A stretch of DNA of 64,000 bases from Planctomycetota bacterium (GTDB lineage Bacteria > Planctomycetota > UBA1135 > UBA2386), in assembly GCA_020638695.1 (NCBI GenBank), contig JACKIB010000020.1:19984-83983 (forward strand). Reading direction: 5' to 3'. The position numbers and the translations under genes are program-made. The notes under the pieces were generated by a model. It saw only the letters and a list, made by a program, of their open reading frames with translations. It did not search any database and was not told where the DNA came from. This document shows, piece after piece, positions 47,386 through 57,058 of this stretch. Position 1 is the first letter of the stretch; every line of letters begins with the position of its first letter.

Positions 47386-48954
47386 TCAGTTCTTCAGCGA
47401 GACCGAGTAGGTGAGGACCGTGAACAGCGAGTTCTGGACCAGCCCCTCGACCTTCGCGGTGTGGGCGAGGAACAGCCGGTCGGCGTAGAGCGGCAACACC
47501 GGCACGTCGGACATCGTCTGCTTCAACAGATCGCGGTAGATGCCAGTGCGCTTGTCGGCATCTTGCTCCGTCGCCGCGCGCGCGAGCAGATCGTCGGCCT
47601 TGTCGTAACGCGAGGTGTTCAGCCCCGGCGGGAACGACTGGGTCGCGTACAGGCTGACCAGCGGCGAGTCCGGATCCGGCGGACCGACCACCCCGGTGAC
47701 GCAGGTCATGATGTCACCCTTGCCGCGCGCCTGCAGGTACGCGCCGCGCTCGAGCACCTTGATGTTGGTCTTGATCCCGACCTTGTTGAGGTCGCTCGCG
47801 ATCGGCACCACGATCTGGTCGTAGGGGCTGAATCCGACCGACACGAGATCCAGCGTGAAGTCGCCGACACCGGCCTCGGCGAGCAACGCCTTCGCCTTCT
47901 CCGGATCGTAGGGGTACTGCGGAACGTCCTCGGAGTACTGCGGGAACGACGAGGTCAACACGCTGTGCCCCATCCCCTTGGTGCCCTTGAAGAAGCCGTC
48001 GATGAGGGCCTTGCGATTCACGCCGTAGGCGATGGCGCGGCGCACGCGCACGTCGTCGAGTGGCTTGATCGAGGTGTTGAGCACGAGGTTGATGGTGTGG
48101 TTGGCAGGGCGGTCGAGCACCGTGATCGACGCCGCCTTGCGCAGGCGGTCGATGACCACCGGGGACTGCAGCGCGAAGAAGATGTCGATCTCGCCGTTCT
48201 CGAGCGCGATCGCCGCCGCAGTCTCGTCCTTGATGACCTTGAACACCACCGCGTCGATCTTCGGCGCGCCCTCGAAGTACGACTTGTTGGCCGATAGCCG
48301 CACCTCGCTGCCCGGGGTCCACTTCTCGAACACGAACGGACCGGTGCCGATCGGGTTGAGCGCGACCTTGTCGTCACCGATCTCGGCGACGGCCTTGCGC
48401 GACATGATCCAGCCCTGGTTGAACGCGGTCACCTTGTTCAGCAGACCCGCATTCGGCTTCTCGAGCGTGATGCGTACGGTCGACGGATCGGGCGCGTCGA
48501 CCGACTTGACGCCGGCGAGCTGACCCGCGTACCGACTCTTGGTCGCCGGGTCGAGCACGCGCTCGAGCGAGAACTTGACGTCGTCGGCGGTGAGCGGGCC
48601 GTAGCCCTTGTGGAACTCGACACCCTGGCGAAGCTTGAACTCGTAGGTCAGCCCGTCGGCCGAGACGCTCCACTCGCGCGCCAGATCGGGGACGATCTCG
48701 TTGGTCGCCTGGTCATACTTCACCAGGCCGTTGAACACGTGACCGGCCACCGTCTGGTTCTCGACCTGGAAGATACGTGCAGGGTCGAGATTGCCGATGT
48801 CGGAACCGAACCGCACGCGCAGCGTGCCGCCATCGGCACTCGCGGCGGACATCGCCCCGAGCCCCACCGCCAGCGCAATCGCGCCACCCGCGAGCGTCCG
48901 TGCGACGACCCCGGCGGCGGCGCGCCGCGATAGCCGAATCTCACCCCTGTCCAT
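47386..48954 (-). CDS. ABC transporter substrate-binding protein, family 5
   Basis: Track ORF 47386..49587 trimmed to Met212 (MDRGEIRLSRRAAAGVVARTLAGGAIALAVGLGAMSAASA, a signal peptide). GGGAGGGG RBS 3 nt upstream. The longer ORF would overlap the next gene. Confidence 0.8.
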   Translation of the reverse strand: MDRGEIRLSRRAAAGVVARTLAGGAIALAVGLGAMSAASADGGTLRVRFGSDIGNLDPARIFQVENQTVAGHVFNGLVKYDQATNEIVPDLAREWSVSADGLTYEFKLRQGVEFHKGYGPLTADDVKFSLERVLDPATKSRYAGQLAGVKSVDAPDPSTVRITLEKPNAGLLNKVTAFNQGWIMSRKAVAEIGDDKVALNPIGTGPFVFEKWTPGSEVRLSANKSYFEGAPKIDAVVFKVIKDETAAAIALENGEIDIFFALQSPVVIDRLRKAASITVLDRPANHTINLVLNTSIKPLDDVRVRRAIAYGVNRKALIDGFFKGTKGMGHSVLTSSFPQYSEDVPQYPYDPEKAKALLAEAGVGDFTLDLVSVGFSPYDQIVVPIASDLNKVGIKTNIKVLERGAYLQARGKGDIMTCVTGVVGPPDPDSPLVSLYATQSFPPGLNTSRYDKADDLLARAATEQDADKRTGIYRDLLKQTMSDVPVLPLYADRLFLAHTAKVEGLVQNSLFTVLTYSVSLKN

Positions 48955-49022
48955 CTTCCCCTCCCGCATCATTGGAACGTGGCCACGTCCGGCGGCGCGT
49001 CCGACGCGCCGCGCGACCCCTC

Positions 49023-49685
49023 TCAGCCCGCCGCGCGCACCCGCGCCGGCGAGTTCAAGCCCTTCAGGTAACGCACGACCTCGGCACTGTCGACGACGTC
49101 GGCGTACTTGGAGTCGATGTCGAAGAGGTTCACCTGGTGCGAGAGCGGCGCGCGGTCGGCCACGCAGTCCGCCGGCACCACGGGCCGGAATCCTCCGGAG
49201 ATTGCGTCGCAGGCGGTGGCCCGTACGCAACCGCTGGTCGAGTTGCCGACCACGATGGTGGTGTCCACCTTGAGCGCGGTCAGCATCGACTGCAGATGGG
49301 TGCCGTAGAAGGCACTGGGGAACTTCTTCACGATCAGGTGATCGCGATCGAGGACCGGCAGGCGCGGATCGATGTCCACCGCCTCGGCGCCGTGCAGCAA
49401 CCCCTGCACCAGCACCGCCTTCTTGCCGAAATACGCGGCGTCGGCCAGGTCCGGGTGGTAGGCGACGGTGGTGAACACCACCGGAGCGTCGATCGCGCGC
49501 GCCGCGTCCAGGATGGCCTGGATGCGCGGAATGTGCGCGTCCATGTCGATGAACATCTTGTTGCCGCGCTCGGTGATGCCGCGACACATGTCGATCACCA
49601 GCACCGCCGGGCGCTCACCGTAGCCGATGCGCTCGCTGAATCCGATCTGGGCGTAGTAATCCTGCTGGCCGGAGAGATCGCTCAA
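49023..49685 (-). CDS. isochorismatase-family cysteine hydrolase (second copy)
   Basis: 220-aa ORF with LVIDMC, the Lys in VKKFPSAF and the catalytic Cys in VVGNSTSGCVRAT. First gene of the ABC operon. Confidence 0.8.
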   Translation of the reverse strand: MSDLSGQQDYYAQIGFSERIGYGERPAVLVIDMCRGITERGNKMFIDMDAHIPRIQAILDAARAIDAPVVFTTVAYHPDLADAAYFGKKAVLVQGLLHGAEAVDIDPRLPVLDRDHLIVKKFPSAFYGTHLQSMLTALKVDTTIVVGNSTSGCVRATACDAISGGFRPVVPADCVADRAPLSHQVNLFDIDSKYADVVDSAEVVRYLKGLNSPARVRAAG

Positions 49686-49781
49686 GTCACACCTCCAAAC
49701 TCGGGCGCGGCCACCACGCGGGCGCCGACGCGACGCTCACACACGCCCGCCGCGGGTGCCCGAAGGCCACCCGCACCGGTC

Positions 49782-50546
49782 TCAGGTCTCGTCCCAGACC
49801 TTCTCGGTCAGCGGCAGTCCACGAATGTGGTCCGCGGTCAACGGCCGGTCCGGGCGCACCCCGGCGGTCTCCAGCAGCGACGCGAGCTGGCGCACGTGCT
49901 GGGTGGAATGCCAGACGGTGCGCTCCAGCATCTCGTGACGCGTGGTGCCACCGAAGTACGTCGGCACCTGCCCCTCGAAGTCCTCGCCCTCGGCATCCGC
50001 CCACCATCGCGCGAACCGCGCCCTGACCTGCTCGCCGAAGGTCGCGATGTCGTCGCTGGTGCGCATGTCCTGCGGCGGTGGCGCGACCATGTTCTCGTAG
50101 GTCAGGGCCTGCCCCGTCTCCTCCATGTCGAGGAAGGACGTCGGGATCTGGAAGACGTGGTGCATCAGCACCCGCCATGACCGGGGGCGGTTGGGGAGCT
50201 CGTCGTCCAGCCGACCGTCCGGCATCTGGCGCGTGAGCCGGATGGCGGTGTCGAGAATCTCGCCGTAGCGCGTGGCCAGCTCGGTCGGCGTGAGCTGTGG
50301 CCTGGTGTCGTCGTCGAGGTCGAGGAAATCGACCACGTCCTTGATCACCTGCGCGAAGACGAACTGGTCTCCACGCGAGACGACGGGCACGCTGCGCGCG
50401 CCGAGCCGCCTCAGCTCCTCCATACCACTCTTGTCAGCCAGCACGTTCACCGATTCGAACTCGATCCCACGGACCGAGAGGTAATCCTTTACCCGGAGAC
50501 AGCTGGTTCAGTGCGGCTGCCAGAAGACCTTTATCACGTCGCCCAT
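49782..50546 (-). CDS. glutaredoxin/NrdH-like domain fused to a DinB-family domain; candidate selenoprotein with in-frame UGA (50510-50508) read as Sec in a U-T-S-C motif
   Basis: The track ORF (49782..50450) starts at an internal GTG. Own upstream translation in the same frame: ATG(50546) [35 protein letters not shown](50450)NVLADK... This restores a complete Grx fold. The C-terminal DinB-like helices carry His residues (MHHVF, WHSTQH). The part downstream of 50450 is confident (about 0.75). The Sec-containing extension is inference. Confidence 0.5.
50474..50496 (-). promoter_or_regulatory. candidate bacterial SECIS hairpin
   Basis: mRNA 5'-CCG GGUAA [AGGA] UUACC (UCU) CGG-3'. Eight base pairs with a 3-nt bulge and a G-containing tetraloop. 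It starts 11 nt after the UGA at 50510-50508. Confidence 0.35.
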
Positions 50547-50755
50547 CGGGACCGACCCTCACCTCGGAAACGGCATGGCGCGCAGAGTACCGAACGTCGG
50601 CCGCGGGGTGCAATCGAGCGGCCACCGCGCACCGCAGCGCAATGCTGTCGGCAGCTCGGCCGGCGATGCCCGTCGGTCGGACTAAAGCGACGCGTCCGGC
50701 GGCCGATAAACGAGCGTCCTCCCACCGCCCGCCGAGTCGTGGGCATCGAGCGGTC

Positions 50756-52303
50756 ATGACCATTCGCACCAAGCTTCTCGGCCTCCTGGCGGCGAGCCTC
50801 CTGGTCCCCGGGCTCGGCACCCTCGTCGGCCTCCTCACCTACGAGGCAGTGCTCGACGACGTCGCGAGCACCCATGTCGCGGGGGCCCGGGCGACGGCCT
50901 CGGTGCTCGAGCTCGAGCAGGCCCTCGCGGCGCGCGACGGCGCCCGCGGCGACCTGGCGAAGGCGAGCAACCGGATCACGAGCGCGATGCGTGAGCTGCA
51001 GGGTGCGGTCGCGGGGAGCGGCGTCGCCGAGGCGGAGCTCGCCCCCTTGCGGACCGGCCTCGCCGCGCTCGATGCGACCTTCATCGGTGGCGACGGCGAC
51101 GAGGCGACTCGGACGCGACGCACCGCCGCGCGGGCCGAGGTCGACGGCGTGCTCGGGCGACTGGCCGACATCGTCGCCGAGCACACCACGGCGCAGGTCG
51201 AGGCCGCCGATGCCCGCCACGTCGAGTCCATCGTGCGTCTCGGCGCGGTCGCGAGCCTGCTGATGGCGCTGATCGCGGTGGGCTTCTGGCTGGTCATCAC
51301 GCGCCATGTCTGCGGGCCGATCGACCGCCTGCGAGCCCGAGTGGCGGAGCTCGCGGAGGGCGAGGTGGACCTCACACGGCGCCTTCCCGCGGGCAGCCAC
51401 GACGAGCTCTCGGCCATCGCCCACGACGTCAATCGGCTCTGCGAGCGCCTCGACGAGCTGGTGCGGGAGGTCGCGGTCGACGCATCGCAGGTCGCATCGC
51501 TGTCGGCGCGGTTGAGCGTCTCCAGCGACGATTCGCTGGCCGCGGCACGCAGTCAGCGCGCGGCCACCGGCGACGTGGCGGCCTCGGTCCACGAGCTGGT
51601 GACCAACAGCCAGGCGATGGCGGCGCGCACCCGTGACGCGGCACACGCGGCGGGAGAGGCCGGCGAGGCCTCGATCAGCGGGCGCGCGGTGGTCGAGGGC
51701 ACCCGCAACGCCATCAACGGACTCACCTGCGAGCTCGACGATCTCTCACGGGTGGTGGAGGCGCTCGGATCGGACTCCCAGCGCATCGGCGCGGTGCTCG
51801 AGGTCATCCGCAGCATCGCCGAGCAGACCAATCTGCTCGCGCTCAATGCCGCCATCGAGGCGGCGCGGGCCGGCGAGCAGGGGCGCGGCTTCGCCGTGGT
51901 CGCCGAGGAGGTGCGCACGCTCGCGATGCGGACCCAGCAGTCCACGGAGGAGATCGACGACATGATCTCCCAGCTCCAGAGCCGCACCCAGGCCGCCGTG
52001 AACGCGATGTCGGAGAGCCGCGACCGGGCGCGCAACAGCGTGTCCCACGTCGGCGAGGCGACCGAGGCGCTGGAGCGCATCAACACGGCCATCGACACCA
52101 TGGTCGACCTCAACCAGGCCATGGCCCGCACCGCCGACGAGCAGAGCGGGATGCTGGATTCGGTCGGGCGGAGCACCGCCCGCATCGCGGACGTCGCCGA
52201 CACCGCGTGCGAGCGCGCGAGCGAGCGCGCCAGCTCGGTCACCGCCCTGGCCGAGCTCGCGAGGCACCTGGATCGCCGCCTCGCGCAGTTCAAGACCGCC
52301 TGA
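50756..52303 (+). CDS. methyl-accepting chemotaxis protein (TM, HAMP, MCP signalling domain)
   Basis: Track ORF trimmed to Met39 ([19 protein letters not shown]...). HAMP region, then the canonical hairpin tip [31 protein letters not shown]. Confidence 0.85.
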   Translation: MTIRTKLLGLLAASLLVPGLGTLVGLLTYEAVLDDVASTHVAGARATASVLELEQALAARDGARGDLAKASNRITSAMRELQGAVAGSGVAEAELAPLRTGLAALDATFIGGDGDEATRTRRTAARAEVDGVLGRLADIVAEHTTAQVEAADARHVESIVRLGAVASLLMALIAVGFWLVITRHVCGPIDRLRARVAELAEGEVDLTRRLPAGSHDELSAIAHDVNRLCERLDELVREVAVDASQVASLSARLSVSSDDSLAAARSQRAATGDVAASVHELVTNSQAMAARTRDAAHAAGEAGEASISGRAVVEGTRNAINGLTCELDDLSRVVEALGSDSQRIGAVLEVIRSIAEQTNLLALNAAIEAARAGEQGRGFAVVAEEVRTLAMRTQQSTEEIDDMISQLQSRTQAAVNAMSESRDRARNSVSHVGEATEALERINTAIDTMVDLNQAMARTADEQSGMLDSVGRSTARIADVADTACERASERASSVTALAELARHLDRRLAQFKTA

Positions 52304-52339
52304 GCAATCCCCGACCGACGGCCGACTCGAGCGACGGCC

Positions 52340-52369
52340 GCCGGCCCGGAGCCCGGCGCGCGGGCCGGC
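52340..52369. terminator. GC-rich hairpin between convergent genes (possible terminator, no U-tract)
   Basis: GCCGGCCCG (52340-52348) pairs with CGGGCCGGC (52361-52369) around a 12-nt loop. It lies between the MCP stop (52303) and the SDR stop (52379). Confidence 0.25.
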
Positions 52370-52378
52370 CCCTCACCC

Positions 52379-53137
52379 TCAGCCGCGACCGACGAAGGGC
52401 ATCTTGGTGGCCATCACGGTCACCGTCTGGATGTTGGCGTCCAGCGGCAGGCCGGCCATGAACACGACGGTGCTCGCGACGTTGGCGACGTTCATCGTCG
52501 GCTCCACCGCCATCGTGCCGTTGGCCTGGGGCACACCCTTCTTCATCCGCTCCGTCATCTCGGTGGCCGCATTGCCGACGTCGACCTGACCGCAGGCGAT
52601 GTCGAACGGGCGCCCGTCGAGCGCGATGGTCTTGGTGAGCCCGGAGACCGCATGCTTGGTGGCGGTGTACGGCGCGGAGCCGGGCCGCGGCACGTGAGCC
52701 GAGATCGAGCCGTTGTTGATGATTCGCCCGCCCATCGGACGCTGACGCTTCATCAACCCGAAGGCCTCGCGTGCGCAGAGGAACACGCCGGTGAGGTTGA
52801 CGTCGACCACCGCACGCCACTGCGCCGGGGTGAGCTCGTCGATGGTCTTCGCCGGGGTGTTGGTGCCGGCGTTGTTGAACAGGACGTCGAGGCGCCCATA
52901 GCGTTCCTCGGTGGTCGCGAACAGGGCCCGGACCGAGGACTCGTCGCTGACGTCGGTCGGCACCGCGAGTGCGTTGCCACCGGCGCCGCCGGCGGCCTCG
53001 ATCGTGCCCTGTAACGCGTCGGCCCGTCGCCCGGCCAGCACCACGGTGTAGCCCGCCTCGAGCAGCGCCACCGCGCTCGCCCGTCCGATACCGGAGCCGG
53101 CTCCGGTCACCATCGCGATCTTGCCGTTCGCGGCCAT
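52379..53137 (-). CDS. short-chain dehydrogenase/reductase (SDR)
   Basis: 252-aa ORF with [15 protein letters not shown] and YTATK (YxxxK). Confidence 0.85.
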   Translation of the reverse strand: MAANGKIAMVTGAGSGIGRASAVALLEAGYTVVLAGRRADALQGTIEAAGGAGGNALAVPTDVSDESSVRALFATTEERYGRLDVLFNNAGTNTPAKTIDELTPAQWRAVVDVNLTGVFLCAREAFGLMKRQRPMGGRIINNGSISAHVPRPGSAPYTATKHAVSGLTKTIALDGRPFDIACGQVDVGNAATEMTERMKKGVPQANGTMAVEPTMNVANVASTVVFMAGLPLDANIQTVTVMATKMPFVGRG

Positions 53138-53382
53138 CGTCTCTTCTCCCCTGCCTGATGCGTCGTGTTGGCGGCGAGTGTGCTCTCCCGCCAGGGATTC
53201 CGGTCGACCGCGACCGACGCCGCGCGCGAGACGCGCCGGCCCACCCGCGGCCCGTGAGACGCCGATTGTCCGCTCCCGAGCGCCGGCCCGTCCACACGGC
53301 GCCGCCGCCGGTGCCCGAGCATTGTCGAGGGCCCCGGGCTTGGGGCACGATGGCGCGACCCCGAACCTGCCGGAGAACTCCG

Positions 53383-54429
53383 ATGAGAGCCGCCGTCTTC
53401 AAGGCCCCTGGCACCCCCCTGGTGATCGAGAACGTTCCCGACCCGACGCCCGAGCCGGAGGAGTTGCTGATCGAGGTCCGGGCCTGCGGCATCTGCGGCA
53501 CCGACCTGCACTGGACCCAGGGCACCGACCCGACGGCGGGGTGGCGCACGCTGAACCCGGGTGCGGTCCTCGGGCACGAGTTCTCGGGAGAGATCGTCGA
53601 GGTCGGGCGTGATCTGCGGGGGAAGTGGAAGGTCGGGGAGCGCGTCTGCGCCCAGCCGTTCATCGGTTGTGGCCGATGCCCGGCCTGTCTGGCCGGCCGT
53701 GCCTACCGTTGCCCCACGGTCATCACCCGCGCCTCCGACCGCCTCACCGGCGCCTACGCTCAGCTCGCGCGCATCGGCGCCACCGAGACGCTGCGCCTGC
53801 CCGAGGCGGTCGACTACCACACCGGCGCGCTGGTCGAGCCGCTCGCGGTCGGCCTCGCCGCGGTCCGCCGCGCCCGCCTGCAGCCCGGTGACAACGCCCT
53901 GATCATCGGCGCCGGTCCGGTCGGGCTCGCGGTCGCCATGTTCACCCGCCACCTCGGCGCCAGCCACGTCGTGGTGAGCGACCTGGTGGGTGCCCGCGCG
54001 GAGCGGGCCACCGAGTTCGGCGCCACCGCCGCCATCGACGCCAGCCGCGAGGACGTGCGCGAGCGCTTCGAGCGCATCACCGGTGGCCCGCCGAGCGTGG
54101 TCTACGACTGCGTCGGCGTGCCCGGCTCGATGCAGCTCGCCATCGACCACGCGCCACCGGAGTCGCGAGTGGTGGTCGTCGGGCTGTGCATGGCGGCCGA
54201 CCACTTCTTCCCCGCCCGCGCGATCGTGAAGGAGCTCGACATCGCCTTCGCGTACGTCTACACGCGTCGCGATTTCGAGATCGTGGTCGATCTGCTCGGG
54301 CGCGAGCGCATCGACCCCTCGGCGATGGTCACCGCGGCGGTCGACCTCGACCACTTCCCGCACGCCTTCGAGGCGCTACGGCGACCGACCGACCAGATCA
54401 AGGTGATGGTGGAGCCGAACCGCATCTGA
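53383..54429 (+). CDS. zinc-dependent medium-chain alcohol dehydrogenase
   Basis: Track ORF trimmed to Met139 ([21 protein letters not shown]...). CGICGTDLH and [12 protein letters not shown], structural-Zn Cys cluster ([15 protein letters not shown]), GAGPVG Rossmann motif. Confidence 0.85.
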   Translation: MRAAVFKAPGTPLVIENVPDPTPEPEELLIEVRACGICGTDLHWTQGTDPTAGWRTLNPGAVLGHEFSGEIVEVGRDLRGKWKVGERVCAQPFIGCGRCPACLAGRAYRCPTVITRASDRLTGAYAQLARIGATETLRLPEAVDYHTGALVEPLAVGLAAVRRARLQPGDNALIIGAGPVGLAVAMFTRHLGASHVVVSDLVGARAERATEFGATAAIDASREDVRERFERITGGPPSVVYDCVGVPGSMQLAIDHAPPESRVVVVGLCMAADHFFPARAIVKELDIAFAYVYTRRDFEIVVDLLGRERIDPSAMVTAAVDLDHFPHAFEALRRPTDQIKVMVEPNRI

Positions 54430-54578
54430 ACCGGACCCGCCCCCGGCCCGCGTGGCCCGGGTGGAGCGCAGCGCAACCCGGAAACGGGGACCAGGCGTCG
54501 CGCGGACGGTGTAGCGCCGAGGCCCGATAGTCGTCCGGTCGAGGCACGTGCGCCGGACCTGCCTGTCGTGGGCGGCGG

Positions 54579-55607
54579 CTAGAGCACCAGGCGGAGCCGC
54601 GGGCGCGTTCCCGCCTGGGCACAGACGCCGCAGCGCGCCTCGCCCGGGAGCACCGACGGCGGTCGATGGAAGGCGGTGCCGCACACCGAGCAGACGCGGC
54701 GCACGAGTGCGATGCGGTGTGGGGCCGCTACCGTGTCGGACCGGACCTCCACCGCCCGCTCGGCGCACAGGTCGACGCAGAGCCCGCAGCCGGTACAGGC
54801 GTCGGGCTCGATCTGGTAGTCGTCGGCATCCGGGCCGCCGACGATGGCCGCGTGCGGACAGATTCGCGCGCAGGCGTCGCAGCCGCTGCACCGGTTCGGG
54901 TCGATGCTCGGCGCATGCAGGCGCGGAACCGCTCCCGCGGCGGGCGCGAGCGATTGCCCCGGGGGCCGCCACGGCGTCGACGCCACGTCCGGAGGAGCGC
55001 GGTCGACGGCGGCGACCACGACGCGGCGCCAGAACCCTCGCCGGCTCATTCCCGGCTCGGATCTCGCCGGTCGCGCGGCGGCGGCCCGGCGGTTCCACCG
55101 CGCCGGCCCGAGTGGGAACACGGCAATCGGCAGCGCCCCCCGTGCCACCAGCACCCGGTTCAGGCGCGCGACCCGTTCCCCCAGCCGCTCGCCCCGGTCG
55201 CGGGGGCAGTCGTCGCATCGACCCGTGCAAACCTCGAGTCGACGCATGCCGCGAGAATGCAGACCGAGCAGCTCCGCGAGCGACACCGCATGCACGCATG
55301 GAGGCCCGCCGACGCGGTCGGTACCCGCGCGCTCGCAGGCGAGGAAGACGCTCGCCGCATCGTGGCCGCCAGCCGCGAGTGCCGGCGCCTCACCGAGCAG
55401 CGCACCCTCGGTGCAGGCAGCGACGCACAGGCCACAGCCGTCGCACGATTCCGGCTCGATGTCGGGGCATCCGTCCACCACCACCGCTTCACGCGGGCAG
55501 ACCTCCAGGCAGCGACGGCAGGACACGACGGTGGCGCGCGCGTGCACGCAGCGCTCGACCAGGATCTCGGGCGGGTAGCCGCTCGACGATTGCCCCCCCG
55601 CCGGCAT
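54579..55607 (-). CDS. cytoplasmic polyferredoxin (NapF-like multi-[4Fe-4S] protein) with a C-terminal Cys4 ribbon
   Basis: Track ORF trimmed to Met162 (MPAGGQSS...). Motifs CRRCLEVCP, CDGCGLCVAACTEGA, CSGCDACARICPHAA, CTGCGLCVDLCAERA and CSVCG...CGVC. No signal peptide. Confidence 0.7.
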   Translation of the reverse strand: MPAGGQSSSGYPPEILVERCVHARATVVSCRRCLEVCPREAVVVDGCPDIEPESCDGCGLCVAACTEGALLGEAPALAAGGHDAASVFLACERAGTDRVGGPPCVHAVSLAELLGLHSRGMRRLEVCTGRCDDCPRDRGERLGERVARLNRVLVARGALPIAVFPLGPARWNRRAAAARPARSEPGMSRRGFWRRVVVAAVDRAPPDVASTPWRPPGQSLAPAAGAVPRLHAPSIDPNRCSGCDACARICPHAAIVGGPDADDYQIEPDACTGCGLCVDLCAERAVEVRSDTVAAPHRIALVRRVCSVCGTAFHRPPSVLPGEARCGVCAQAGTRPRLRLVL

Positions 55608-55632
55608 CACGCCTCTCGCCGACCGGTCGGGC

Positions 55633-56382
55633 TCACCAGCCGGGTCCGAGCCCGGGCAGATACGGCGCCTCCTCGGCGCTCGGCGCCCCGCGCCGCGGCA
55701 ACGGCTCCACCACCGGCCGCGGCCGCTCGAGGACCTGCGCCAGCACCTCGCGAAGCTCCTCGAGATAGACCGCTGTGAGCGCCGCCAGCCCGGCGTAGAA
55801 GGACGTCTCGGACCGCGCGGCGACCCGCGCGGCGAACGCGGGTAGCCAGCGGAGCAGGTGCGCGTCGAGGAAGGCGGCCGCGGTCTCGAGCGCCTCGTGA
55901 TCACCGCGCCCGACCAGAACAGCGACGAACTCGAGCTGGTGCACGAGGTGGTCGTCCGGGCGCAACCGCCAATCCGGCGCCTTAAGCCCCTGGCGTGCAT
56001 AGGCCCGGCGAACCTCGAACATCGGGCCCTGCATCGCCAGGCCCTCGTCGTCGAGCCACACCGACTCGGACGGCGCCGCACCGTAGCCATGCGTCAGGTA
56101 GATGGCGGCGAAGTCCGCGGCGTGGCGGTCGAGCGAGTCGGCGCCGTCGTCGAGCTCGGCGACGACGGCCGCCATCGACGCGAGGATCGACCGTCCGCGC
56201 TCCGATACCAGCCGGACCCCGAGTGAGTCCGGGAACCCCACCCGCCTCAGCGCGAGCACCGCCGCGCCGTCGAGCTCACCCGCGTGCAGTGCTGCAAGCT
56301 CGTCGAGATCCGCCGAGCACAGCCCGCAGAACCGCCGCAACGGGCCGGTCGTGGCCACCCCTCGCTCCGCCACCACCGCCAT
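55633..56382 (-). CDS. TorD/DmsD-family redox-enzyme maturation chaperone
   Basis: Track ORF trimmed to Met183 (MAVVAERGVATTGPL...). AAIYLTHGYGAAPSESVW and DHLVHQLEFVAVLV match TorD-family motifs. TGATG overlap with the upstream FeS subunit gene. Confidence 0.7.
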   Translation of the reverse strand: MAVVAERGVATTGPLRRFCGLCSADLDELAALHAGELDGAAVLALRRVGFPDSLGVRLVSERGRSILASMAAVVAELDDGADSLDRHAADFAAIYLTHGYGAAPSESVWLDDEGLAMQGPMFEVRRAYARQGLKAPDWRLRPDDHLVHQLEFVAVLVGRGDHEALETAAAFLDAHLLRWLPAFAARVAARSETSFYAGLAALTAVYLEELREVLAQVLERPRPVVEPLPRRGAPSAEEAPYLPGLGPGW

Positions 56383-57044
56383 CACACCTTGCCCTTGCTG
56401 TGCGGGACGAAGACGATCGACGGCCGGGTGAGCTCGGGATCGGCGAAGCCCTTCACCGCCCCCACCGCCTCCTCGCTCGCGGTCATCGCCTTGGTCGGGT
56501 ACTGCTTCGCGCGCAGCAAGTCGATGGGCCCCACGTCGAGGACCCGCATCATGCACGCCATCACGCAGTAGGGCTTGCGTCCCGCCTCCAGCTCGTCGAT
56601 GCAGAGGTTGCACTTCTTCACCACCTGCGCCTCGGGATCCCACTGCGGTGCGCCGTAGGGACAGGCGGCCTCGCAGCGCCGACAGCCGATGCACAGCGTC
56701 GAGTCGATGTCCACGACCCCGTTGTCCGGACGCTTCCAGATCGCACCGGTCGGGCAGGCCGGTAGACAGGCGGGCTCCGCGCAGTGGTTGCAAGACACGT
56801 TGACCTTGTACGCGAACACGTCCGGATAGGTTCCACCCTCGACGTACAGGACCCGCCTGAAGCGCGGTCCGGGTGGCAGGCCGTTCTTGTCCTTGCACGC
56901 CATCTCGCAGGCGCGACAGCCGATGCAATCCACGTTGTTGTGGATGAAGCCGAGCTGCTGCTCGGGAACGACCGGCGTGTAGACTTCCTTCTTGCGTCGC
57001 TTCACCGCCTCTTTCAACGCGGCGCGGTCCTTGATGTCGGCCAT
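56382..57044 (-). CDS. DmsB-like four-cluster [4Fe-4S] electron-transfer subunit
   Basis: Track ORF trimmed to Met71 (MADIKDRAALKEAV...). GGAGGG RBS. Four Cys groups: CIGCRACEMAC, CNHCAEPACLPACP, CIGCRRCEAACP, CNLC...CVMAC. Confidence 0.85.
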   Translation of the reverse strand: MADIKDRAALKEAVKRRKKEVYTPVVPEQQLGFIHNNVDCIGCRACEMACKDKNGLPPGPRFRRVLYVEGGTYPDVFAYKVNVSCNHCAEPACLPACPTGAIWKRPDNGVVDIDSTLCIGCRRCEAACPYGAPQWDPEAQVVKKCNLCIDELEAGRKPYCVMACMMRVLDVGPIDLLRAKQYPTKAMTASEEAVGAVKGFADPELTRPSIVFVPHSKGKV

Positions 57045-57058
57045 GTCGAAGCCCTCCG

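Noticed and set aside
47386-49587. N-terminal extensions of several track ORFs. Examples: the 733-aa version of the SBP, the 503-aa versions of 14812..16323 and 54579..56090, the 431-aa version of 55633..56928 and the 486-aa version of 52969..54429.
   Set aside because: The extensions are Arg-rich and overlap the upstream gene in another frame. Internal Met or Val starts coincide with signal peptides, RBS motifs or stop-start overlaps, so the shorter gene models were used.
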